From Myxococcota bacterium (GTDB lineage: Bacteria; Myxococcota; JACRCW01), in assembly GCA_040752415.1 (NCBI GenBank), contig JBFMGU010000052.1:1-48640 (forward strand): a stretch of DNA of 48,640 nt. The letters run 5' to 3'. Shown here in pieces: positions 38,988-48,640 of this stretch; the stretch's first letter is position 1; each line of letters begins with the position of its first letter. The notes beneath the pieces are model-generated. The model had not been told where the DNA came from. It saw nothing but the letters and a program-made list of their open reading frames with translations, and did no database searches. Made by a program: the position numbers and the translations under genes.

Positions 38988-40511
38988 TCACCGTCCCCAC
39001 AAGAACACCGCCACATAACCCGCGCCGGGATGCCCGCCCTGTTCCGCGCGAAGGGCGGAAACCACCAGCCCGTGAATCCCCGGTGCTGTCAGGTCGTGTC
39101 CCGGAACCACGGTCCACCCCAGCCATTCTTCCGCCGTGCTCCCCCTCAGCTCTGCGAGGACCGCACCACTCCGGCCCGAGCGGACCTCGAGCCGCCCCAC
39201 GTGCGGCAAAGCTCCCAGGCTTGCCCAAGGGGCGCTGACAGCGACGTCCCCCGTGCCATCCCCGTCCACGTCGGGAATGGCGCTGATGAACCGGCCGAAC
39301 ATCTCCCGGTCCTCATGACCACTCCAGCGATGGATGAGGGCGCCTGTGGCGATCGAGTGGATGTCCACCTGGCCCGTGCGGGGCCCCTCGGGGTTCGAGA
39401 GCTGGTGTCGCCCGACGGCAATTTCCGGACGTGAATCACCATCCAGGTCTGGCAGACCTTCCACCATCAGCCCGTAGTTCTCGGCACCGTACTCTCCGAC
39501 GAGCTTGAGCACCGTCTCCCCCGTGGCGGAGGACAGGACGAAGGCCGCTCCGACGGAACCCAGCTCGGGCAGCTCCGTACCCGGCGCCCCCGCCACGATG
39601 TCCGGCAAGCCGTCTCCGTCGACGTCCGCGACCGAACGGTGATGCCACCCGAACAGCAGCGCATCCCCGGGATTGTTCAGAGAACCAAAGGTGTGCCCGT
39701 CGCGGCCATCCAGGAGGTCGATCCGGTTGGCACCAATGGAGCTGCAAACCACGTCGTCGACCCCATCCCCATTGAGGTCCGCGATGGGCTCGACGTGCCA
39801 CCCGAATACCTCATTGAGCCCGCCCAGACGGGACCAGATGAGTGCTCCGCCCATGCCGGACCATGCGTACACCGCTCCGCGCGTGCCACCGTCCACAGCG
39901 CCCTGCGGTGCACTCGCCACGACGTCGCGGTGCCCGTCACCGTCCAGGTCATCGGCGACGAACACCGAGTGACCCAGCAGGCCACCGGGGTCCTGGCCTT
40001 CCCAGCGCTGTAGTCGCCTTCCGTCGGAGGTGGACCACACACCGACGTAACCCGTGTCCAAAACCGTGAAGTCCGCGAAGCGTCCACCAGTGGCAATGTC
40101 GGCCACGCCGTCACCGTCGACGTCAAGAGGCGAACCAAAGCGGAATCCCAACTCCGCGTCGTCACCCTCCCCGGTCAGCATCAGGTAACGACACAACCCA
40201 AGCGGCCCTTGGTCCACCACGCCGTCGCAATCGTTGTCGACGCCGTCGCAGACTTCGACAGCGTTGGAGTTCACTCTGGGATCCTCATCCGCGCAATCGC
40301 TCCCGCCACAGCCCATTCCCCGCTCACCGTCAGAGTCGTCGTCACAGGATCCTGCAGCGTCCAGTTGCCCAGCGTCTCGAGGAAAGACGCCACCGTCCAC
40401 GTCGAGTCCGCCTCCGCCGATGCGCCGAACCGTGGGACCTGCCGCCGGATTGCATCCCAGCATTGCGGCAAGGACGAGATACAAGTTCACGGACGTTCGC
40501 GCGCCGGTCAC
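38988..40511 (-). CDS. Lipoprotein with one MopE-type motif and FG-GAP (integrin-alpha-like) repeats
   Basis: Lipobox MLGC, DCADEDP...EVCDGVDNDCDG, and about 6-7 FG...DxDGDGxxD...GAP units. Confidence 0.8.
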   Translation of the reverse strand: MTGARTSVNLYLVLAAMLGCNPAAGPTVRRIGGGGLDVDGGVFPRDAGQLDAAGSCDDDSDGERGMGCGGSDCADEDPRVNSNAVEVCDGVDNDCDGVVDQGPLGLCRYLMLTGEGDDAELGFRFGSPLDVDGDGVADIATGGRFADFTVLDTGYVGVWSTSDGRRLQRWEGQDPGGLLGHSVFVADDLDGDGHRDVVASAPQGAVDGGTRGAVYAWSGMGGALIWSRLGGLNEVFGWHVEPIADLNGDGVDDVVCSSIGANRIDLLDGRDGHTFGSLNNPGDALLFGWHHRSVADVDGDGLPDIVAGAPGTELPELGSVGAAFVLSSATGETVLKLVGEYGAENYGLMVEGLPDLDGDSRPEIAVGRHQLSNPEGPRTGQVDIHSIATGALIHRWSGHEDREMFGRFISAIPDVDGDGTGDVAVSAPWASLGALPHVGRLEVRSGRSGAVLAELRGSTAEEWLGWTVVPGHDLTAPGIHGLVVSALRAEQGGHPGAGYVAVFLWGR

Positions 40512-40520
40512 GGGGGCAAC

Positions 40521-43500
40521 TCACTTTCCCAGGAACGACTCGCCACCAGTGGGCGTGATCCCGACCAAGTCGCTTCTGCCATCTCGGTTGAAGTCGCCGA
40601 GTGTCGCCCCCGAGAACGCATTCGACCCGACGTACATCTCCTGGCAAAACGCCCCCATTCCGTTCGCCCGCAGCACCAAGAGCCCGCCAACCGTCAACCC
40701 ACTCGCCAGGATCTCAGCCCGACCGTCCTTGTCCATGTCCTGCGCCGCGTGGATGCGTAGGCTCACGTAGGGAGCGACAGCTTTGCACGCTACCGGCGCC
40801 CCAAAGCCACCTCCTCCATCGCCGTACAAGGCTGAGACTGAGCCACTGGGAGGGTCCATCGTGATCAGGTCCGTCCTGGTGTCGCCGTTGACGTCGGCAG
40901 CGAGAAACGACCCGACCTGGCTGGTTCCGGTCTGGACGGTGAAAGGTAGCGCCAGGGAACCGTTCGCCTGCGAGAAGTGCACCTTCACGCTGGACCCGTT
41001 GTTGGACGTGATGACGTCGGGATACGGGTCCCCATTCACGCGTGCAATAGCAAGCAGTGTTGTCCCAAACGTGATGGTCTGCGTCTGCACGGTCCCGAAC
41101 GTGCCGTCTCCGTTCCCGAGTCTTGTCTCCGCCGCAGTGCCGCCAACCGTGATCAAGTCCAACGCGCCATCTTGATTGATGTCTTCCACGGCGTCGGGTC
41201 GAGCTGGCAACACGAGCTCGTCCGCAAACGAGCCATCTCCAAGGCCGCGGTGCCACACACCCCCCGTGGCGTGGGCCAGAATCACGTCGTCGATGGAATC
41301 TCCGTCAAGGTCCACCACCGCCATCCTCGTTGGAGTGAGCGTGAGGGAGCGCTCCGACACCTGGATGAAGCTCCCTCCTCCGTCACCGACAAGACCGCGA
41401 AGCAAGGGAGAAGCTCCGCCCGCCATCAGGAGGTCGGGGCGTCCGTCCCTGTCGACGTCGGCCACGGCGGTCAACGCAGACCCAATTGCGTCGTTGATCG
41501 TGTTCCCTGACGGGGGAACGAGCCCGGAGGGCGAGCTTGTCAGGAGGACCCCTCCCACGCTGACGTCGTTCATCGCGTCGCCGTTGAGGTCCAGGATACT
41601 GAGGGCACCGCTGGCGCCATTGAACGAATGGTCCACCCGGGGGGCAAACGTCAAACCGTCAACGTTCTCCCACGACGACAGCATCCAGGAAGTTCCAGCA
41701 ACGCGAGTGGCCGCGATGACATCGTCGTCGCCGTCGCGGTCGAGATCTCCCATCCCGACGGACTGTGGCGCGCCAGGGGCGTCCAGAACGACATCGGGTG
41801 CCTCACCCGCGGAATCCACAAGCACAATGGCGTTCGCGCTCGTGACCCCAATGGCCAATGCGCGGGGACGGGAGGCAAGCAGGCGACCGGTCGCGAAGCC
41901 GACATAGGCGTCGTACGACCACGACAGCTCGGTCGCCGCTTGGTTGGGCCAGTCCAGGAAGGCGACGTGAAGCGTTTGCCGCGTTGGGGTGGCCGCGTTG
42001 TCCTCGGTGCCATACACAACATCGAGGTCGCCGTCGTCATCCATGTCACCAACACGGATGGAGCTCTCTCCCTGCCAAAGGGTTCGCCGTCCGAATTCCT
42101 GCAGGGCGACCTCCCAGTGGCCCAGGGGAACTCCGGCTTCCGAGGACGGGGCCAACACCACCTGATCGCGGTAGTTCAACACCGCCACGTCGTCGACATC
42201 GTCGCCCGAGAGGTCTCCGACCGCGATCCCCAGCGGAAAACTGGCGGGCGCCTGGTAGCTGCCTGCAAGCGTGAATCCGCCGAGGCCGTCTCCCAGGGCG
42301 GGCTGGATGACCCCGCTGACATGATCGGGCGCGACGAGGTCCGGTGCACCATCACGATTCAGGTCACCGATCCCGAACCCATAGGAGATGGTGAACCCGA
42401 AGTCGACGCTCCCAGCCCATTCATGGGTTCCCCCGCTCATCCCGCGCCACAGGTAGACGCTCGTCCCTACGGGGATCAGGGCATCGACGACTCCGTCTCC
42501 GGTCACGTCGGCCAGGGTTGCCCCGTTTGGGACGCTGCCGCTTCCATCCCACGCCAGGCCGCACTCCCCCGCATTGATGTTTGCCAGGACCAGCATCTGG
42601 TCGTTGAGTGAGTCGGTCAACACCAGGTCCGGTGCGCCGTCGCCGTCGATCCGGGCCGCGGCGATACCTCCGAGAGCCGTCCCAGGGACGCTGATGGAGC
42701 GAGGGAACGCAAACCCGTCCGCACCGCCCCGAATCACGCTCAGGTCATCGGTAGCCCGGTTCGCGGTGATGATGTCCAGCCACCCGTCCGCATCCATGTC
42801 CACAGCCGCGAATGCGTGGGGCACGCCCGTCGTCACCAACGTCTGCTGATTCCCGAACCCACCAGCCCCGTCGCCGGGAACGACAACGACCACCGGATCC
42901 GTGTCGCTGACGAAGACGACGTCCAGAGCGGCATCGCGGTCGACGTCGCCAGCGGCGATGCCAAGGACGTTGACGCTCGCCCCGAAACGCGTCGGCCCGC
43001 TGAAGGAACCGGCGCCGTCTCCCAGCAGCAGCATCCCGTTGGTGCCGGACGGGCCACTGGCCGCCACAAGATCGACAGCCCCGTCCCGATCGAAGTCGCC
43101 CGAGGTGACGCTGACTGGCGCATCGCCCACCAGCCACTGGGTCGCCGCGGCGAATGCGCCGCCACCGGTACCGATGGAGACGTTGACGCCACTGGCTACC
43201 GAAACGAGGTCCAGGATCCCGTCCCTGTTCACATCAACGGCGTGGAGCTCCACGGCCACCCCTGAAATGGCGGCGTTGCCGATCGATGAGAAATACCCCT
43301 CCGGTCTCCGTCGGTAGATTCGCACCACGTCGGGCGTGGCTGTCGCAACGGCAAGATCCGGCAGCCCATCACCGTCAAAGTCACCCGATGCGACCGCGGC
43401 AACCGCCGCTCCAGGATTGTACGGCGACAACGCCTCTTCGAAGAACCCACCTGCGCCATCCGGGCGCATCACCGAGAAGTTCGCGTCCCCTTCGTTCGCG

Positions 43501-44924
43501 ACAACGGCGTAGGCCTCGCCGTTGCCGGCGAAAGCGTCCACGAGAATCCGCTGAGGCTGAGTTCCAACGGGAAAGCCCTGGGGCGGGCCGAATTGACCCC
43601 CGCGCAGGTCGAGATCGATTGGCCCGACGGCCACGCTTTCTCCGGAGACACCTTGGAGGCGCGGCGTGAGCCTCAAGGTCACGCCCGGGTGCTCATTCCG
43701 CCCCAGGTCGCGCGCCGCATCCCAGGTAAAATGGTGCGGGGTTCCGTCGCTCGTCGATCTCATTTGGCGGATTCCCTGGCTCTCGATACCCATCCGCGCC
43801 CTTTGGAAGCTTTGCCCGTCGCGGCTCCATTCCACGTCGACGTCAACCGGGACGCCTTCCTGCTGTCGCAGGCTGTAGACTATTCGGGTGCACGCGCCGG
43901 TGTCCGCAACCGCTGGCGCAACGACCGCCGGGGGAGTCAAGACCAGCAGCGTCAGCGGCTCTGCCGCGCCGACAACGTCCCCAGTGACGTCACCAAGAAC
44001 CACGCTGGCGGTTGCATCCACCGTGAGCGCACCGGGGGCCAACCCCTGCCCGATGTCGACGGCGAAGTACAGCGCCTTCTCCGCCCCCGCCGGCACAACT
44101 GCAGGCTGCGCCGCCGTGGCAACCGTTCCCACGACGTTGCCGCTCTGGGCACCGAAGGTCAGCGCCACAGTGGCGTCTGTGGGGAGGACAAGATCGTCGT
44201 TTCGAACCAGGACGCGCACCGTCAGTCCGCGTTGACCCGCGACGACCGACCGCGCGCTAGACGTCACCCTCGCGATCGTGAACGGCACCGGAGGGCCGGC
44301 ATCCAGCGGCCCAGCATCCTCCACCGTCGCGGCATCGTCTCTTCCCGCATCCTGGAGTCCCGCATCGGTCGCACCCGCGTCGCCAAGTCCCGCGTCCGAC
44401 GTGCCGGCGTCAGGTGAGCCGCCGCTCGACGAATTGGAGGGGGAGGAGCTGCTCCCAGAAGCGGAAGACGTCGTCACACTTGAGGACGTCGTGGAAGCGG
44501 ACCCGCCAGAGCTCGTGGACAACGAGGAAGACGCCGTGCTCGTGGAAGTGGAGCTCATCGAGGTGCTCGGCAATCCGCCGCTACTTGATGAGGACGTCGA
44601 GGAGGTACTGTTGCCAGAGGAGGTGCCACTGGCAGTCGTGGATGCCGAGGCTCCGGCAGAGCTTGATGTGCCTTCGCTCCCCGGGTCCACGCAGCGGCTC
44701 CGGGCTTCGTCGCAGGTCAACGGCCACTGACACTGGGGGTCGGAGGCGCAGTTGCCGCCCTTCTCACCGGGTCCAACGCAGACGCCCCGCTCCTCGTCGC
44801 ACGTCCAGCCGTCGCCGTCGTCGACGCAATCCTGATCGACCTCGCATACTGCGGCAGTGAAGTACTTGCACCCGCTCCCAAGCACCAACGCCGTCGCCAC
44901 CAGCGCTCCCCAGGCCCGACCCAT
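40521..44924 (-). CDS. Large FG-GAP/VCBS repeat lipoprotein with Cys module, Ser-rich and DAG linkers
   Basis: Lipobox GSGC and many D(F/V/L)(D/N)xDGxxD repeats. ATG at 44924 has GGAGG upstream; alternative ATG at 44942. Confidence 0.85.
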   Translation of the reverse strand: MGRAWGALVATALVLGSGCKYFTAAVCEVDQDCVDDGDGWTCDEERGVCVGPGEKGGNCASDPQCQWPLTCDEARSRCVDPGSEGTSSSAGASASTTASGTSSGNSTSSTSSSSSGGLPSTSMSSTSTSTASSSLSTSSGGSASTTSSSVTTSSASGSSSSPSNSSSGGSPDAGTSDAGLGDAGATDAGLQDAGRDDAATVEDAGPLDAGPPVPFTIARVTSSARSVVAGQRGLTVRVLVRNDDLVLPTDATVALTFGAQSGNVVGTVATAAQPAVVPAGAEKALYFAVDIGQGLAPGALTVDATASVVLGDVTGDVVGAAEPLTLLVLTPPAVVAPAVADTGACTRIVYSLRQQEGVPVDVDVEWSRDGQSFQRARMGIESQGIRQMRSTSDGTPHHFTWDAARDLGRNEHPGVTLRLTPRLQGVSGESVAVGPIDLDLRGGQFGPPQGFPVGTQPQRILVDAFAGNGEAYAVVANEGDANFSVMRPDGAGGFFEEALSPYNPGAAVAAVASGDFDGDGLPDLAVATATPDVVRIYRRRPEGYFSSIGNAAISGVAVELHAVDVNRDGILDLVSVASGVNVSIGTGGGAFAAATQWLVGDAPVSVTSGDFDRDGAVDLVAASGPSGTNGMLLLGDGAGSFSGPTRFGASVNVLGIAAGDVDRDAALDVVFVSDTDPVVVVVPGDGAGGFGNQQTLVTTGVPHAFAAVDMDADGWLDIITANRATDDLSVIRGGADGFAFPRSISVPGTALGGIAAARIDGDGAPDLVLTDSLNDQMLVLANINAGECGLAWDGSGSVPNGATLADVTGDGVVDALIPVGTSVYLWRGMSGGTHEWAGSVDFGFTISYGFGIGDLNRDGAPDLVAPDHVSGVIQPALGDGLGGFTLAGSYQAPASFPLGIAVGDLSGDDVDDVAVLNYRDQVVLAPSSEAGVPLGHWEVALQEFGRRTLWQGESSIRVGDMDDDGDLDVVYGTEDNAATPTRQTLHVAFLDWPNQAATELSWSYDAYVGFATGRLLASRPRALAIGVTSANAIVLVDSAGEAPDVVLDAPGAPQSVGMGDLDRDGDDDVIAATRVAGTSWMLSSWENVDGLTFAPRVDHSFNGASGALSILDLNGDAMNDVSVGGVLLTSSPSGLVPPSGNTINDAIGSALTAVADVDRDGRPDLLMAGGASPLLRGLVGDGGGSFIQVSERSLTLTPTRMAVVDLDGDSIDDVILAHATGGVWHRGLGDGSFADELVLPARPDAVEDINQDGALDLITVGGTAAETRLGNGDGTFGTVQTQTITFGTTLLAIARVNGDPYPDVITSNNGSSVKVHFSQANGSLALPFTVQTGTSQVGSFLAADVNGDTRTDLITMDPPSGSVSALYGDGGGGFGAPVACKAVAPYVSLRIHAAQDMDKDGRAEILASGLTVGGLLVLRANGMGAFCQEMYVGSNAFSGATLGDFNRDGRSDLVGITPTGGESFLGK

Positions 44925-44975
44925 TGCAACCTCCGCAATCATGCCGGCAGGTTAGCGTCAGCCTGACCGTCGGCG

Positions 44976-45506
44976 CTACGCGGGTCCCAGCACGGCGAGG
45001 ACAGCCCCCATCTCCACCGCCTGACCTTCCTTCACGCGGATCTCGGCCACCACGCCCGCGGAAGGTGCGCGCAGCTCGTTCTCCATCTTCATCGCCTCCA
45101 CGACGACGACACCCTCCCCCTCCTTCACCGGGGTCCCCGCGGCCTTCAGGATCTTCACCACCTTGCCGGGCATGGGACTGGTGATCTGCGCCGGCCCACC
45201 GGCACCTCCAGCACGCGCGGTGGCCTCCTGCAGGCGCTTGCGACGCTCCTCCATCACCTGCAGCGAGAAGACCTCGCCCCGGACGCGGAGGTTCAGGTTG
45301 GGATCCAGCGCGTCGGTGCCGGCGGGACGTTCGAAGTCCACGTCGTAGCTGTTACCGTCGATGATCAGGCTCACCGACCCATTGGGCAGGTTCAGCGCGT
45401 CCACCGCGTGCGGCTCACCGTCGATGAAGGCCGTGACCTGGGAGCCGGCACCACCCACCAGCTCCACCACGCGCTCCTTGCCGCCCAACGTCACCACGTA
45501 CTTCAT
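44976..45506 (-). CDS. Biotin carboxyl carrier subunit of acyl-CoA carboxylase, with N-terminal BT-like region
   Basis: SPMPGKVV...VEAMKMENEL. Last gene of the carboxylase operon. Confidence 0.9.
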   Translation of the reverse strand: MKYVVTLGGKERVVELVGGAGSQVTAFIDGEPHAVDALNLPNGSVSLIIDGNSYDVDFERPAGTDALDPNLNLRVRGEVFSLQVMEERRKRLQEATARAGGAGGPAQITSPMPGKVVKILKAAGTPVKEGEGVVVVEAMKMENELRAPSAGVVAEIRVKEGQAVEMGAVLAVLGPA

Positions 45507-45509
45507 GGC

Positions 45510-47036
45510 TCACCGTCCACGCGGGGCGTACGCCCGCTGCCAATTCGACATCCCCACGGCGCCCTGGCCCTTCCCCGACGCTGCGCCCACCACGCGCGAG
45601 CGCAACCGCTCATCCTGCGCCTGCTGGTGCACCGCCGCGGCAATCACCGCCGCCAACTCCAGCGACGAGTTGGGCGCGCGGTGCGGCGTCTTCATGTGCT
45701 TCTCGATGAAGCCCGTATCCAGGTCCCCCTCGACGAACGCCGGGTGCTCCAGGATGTCCACGAGGTAGCTGATGTTGGTCTTGATGCCCTTCACCGTGTA
45801 CTCGCGCAGCGCGCGCACCAGCTTGCGGATGGCCGCCCGACGGTCCGGTCCCCAGCAGCTCAGCTTGGCGATCATCGGGTCGTAGAACGGCGTGACCTCG
45901 GCGCCGCTGTAGACGCCGGTGTCGTCGCGCACGCCGGGGCCGCCCGGCACCCGCAGCTCCACGATCTTCCCGGGCTGCGGCAGGAACCCCTGCGCCGGAT
46001 CCTCCGCGTAGACACGCGCCTCCACGGCCCACCCGCGCGGATGGGAAGGCTGCTCGCCCCAGGGCAGCGGCAATCCATTGGCGACGTCGATCTGCGCGCC
46101 CACCAGGTCAAACCCGGTCACCCATTCCGTCACCGGGTGCTCCACCTGCAGGCGCGTGTTCATCTCCAGGAAGTAGAACTTGCGGCTCGCGTCGACGAGG
46201 AACTCCATGGTCCCCGCCCCCACGTAGCCCACCGCGCGCGCGCCCTTCACCGCCACCTCACCCATGGCCTTGCGCATGGCCTCGTCGACCACGGGGCTGG
46301 GCGCCTCCTCGATGATCTTCTGGTTGCGGCGCTGGATGCTGCACTCGCGCTCAAAGAGGTGGTGCACGTTGCCGTGCGTGTCGGCAAAGACCTGGATCTC
46401 CACGTGGCGCGGCTTCTCCAGGAACTTCTCGACGTAGATGCTCCCGTCGCCAAACGCGCTCTGCGCCTCACGACGCGCGCCGGCAATGGCGCTGGGCATC
46501 TCCGCGTCGCTGGTGACCTTGCGCATGCCCTTGCCACCGCCGCCGGCGGCCGCCTTCACCATGACGGGGAACCCCACCTGGCGCGCAAAGGCAATGCCTT
46601 CCTCGTCGGTGACGGGCCCGTCGGTGCCGGGGACCACGGGAACGCCGGCGGCCTTCATGGTGGCACGGGCACGCGTCTTCTCGCCCATGGCGTCGATGGC
46701 GGACGCCGGCGGGCCAATGAAGATGATGCCCGCGTCAGCGCACGCCTTGGCGAACTCCGCCTTCTCCGAGAGGAAGCCGTAGCCCGGATGGATGGCATCC
46801 ACCTTGTGCTTCCTGGCCGCGGCAATGATGCGCTCCATGACGAGGTAGCTCTCCCGGCTGGCGGGCGGGCCAATGTGCTCGGCGTGGTGGGCGAAGCGCG
46901 TGTGGAGGGAAGCGCGGTCGGCGTCGGAGTAGACCGCCACCGTCTCGATGCCGCGCTCATGGCAGGACCGCATCACGCGGACGGCAATCTCTCCGCGGTT
47001 GGCCACGAGCACGCGCTGGATGGGTTTCCGGGTCAT
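45510..47036 (-). CDS. accC: Biotin carboxylase subunit of acetyl/propionyl-CoA carboxylase
   Basis: VLVANRGEIA, IHPGYGFLSE, GGGGKGMR, ERECSIQRR, EMNTRLQVEH, YDPMIAKL. No fused biotinyl domain. Could equally be called pccA. Confidence 0.9.
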   Translation of the reverse strand: MTRKPIQRVLVANRGEIAVRVMRSCHERGIETVAVYSDADRASLHTRFAHHAEHIGPPASRESYLVMERIIAAARKHKVDAIHPGYGFLSEKAEFAKACADAGIIFIGPPASAIDAMGEKTRARATMKAAGVPVVPGTDGPVTDEEGIAFARQVGFPVMVKAAAGGGGKGMRKVTSDAEMPSAIAGARREAQSAFGDGSIYVEKFLEKPRHVEIQVFADTHGNVHHLFERECSIQRRNQKIIEEAPSPVVDEAMRKAMGEVAVKGARAVGYVGAGTMEFLVDASRKFYFLEMNTRLQVEHPVTEWVTGFDLVGAQIDVANGLPLPWGEQPSHPRGWAVEARVYAEDPAQGFLPQPGKIVELRVPGGPGVRDDTGVYSGAEVTPFYDPMIAKLSCWGPDRRAAIRKLVRALREYTVKGIKTNISYLVDILEHPAFVEGDLDTGFIEKHMKTPHRAPNSSLELAAVIAAAVHQQAQDERLRSRVVGAASGKGQGAVGMSNWQRAYAPRGR

Positions 47037-47050
47037 TCGGGCTGCCTCTC

Positions 47051-48619
<1,569 letters not shown>

Positions 48620-48640
48620 GGAGGCTCCTTTGTGCTTCGG

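Overview
GC-rich bacterial DNA, most likely Myxococcota (MYXO-CTERM-like tails, Cys-rich lipoproteins, DAG linkers, a myxobacterial-type LexA box). I call about 27 protein-coding genes and see no rRNA, tRNA, CRISPR array, transposase or integrase. Housekeeping genes are serA with a class V aminotransferase, an M20 peptidase, uvrA and a three-gene acyl-CoA carboxylase (pccB, biotin carboxylase, biotin carrier). They are interspersed with a vapBC module and many predicted cell-surface proteins. The best candidate for an undescribed system is at 26.6-39.0 kb. There a ~2,000-aa lipoprotein of 35 Cys-rich repeats ends in a Trp/His-containing C-type-lectin-like tip and is followed directly by two translationally coupled paralogous di-heme (DHOR/DUF1111-type) lipoproteins. 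A CxxCH-bearing, MopE-repeat, MYXO-CTERM protein is transcribed divergently. The layout recalls di-heme enzyme/partner pairs (MauG-MADH, MbnH-MbnP) in which the enzyme oxidises a partner Trp, but this function is inference only. Other notable items are a likely SOS box ahead of an uncharacterised membrane protein-uvrA operon, an HtrA-like protein missing its whole catalytic triad, a receiver domain with Glu at the phospho-site, and several probable leaderless promoters. All family names come from motif recognition by eye, not database searches.
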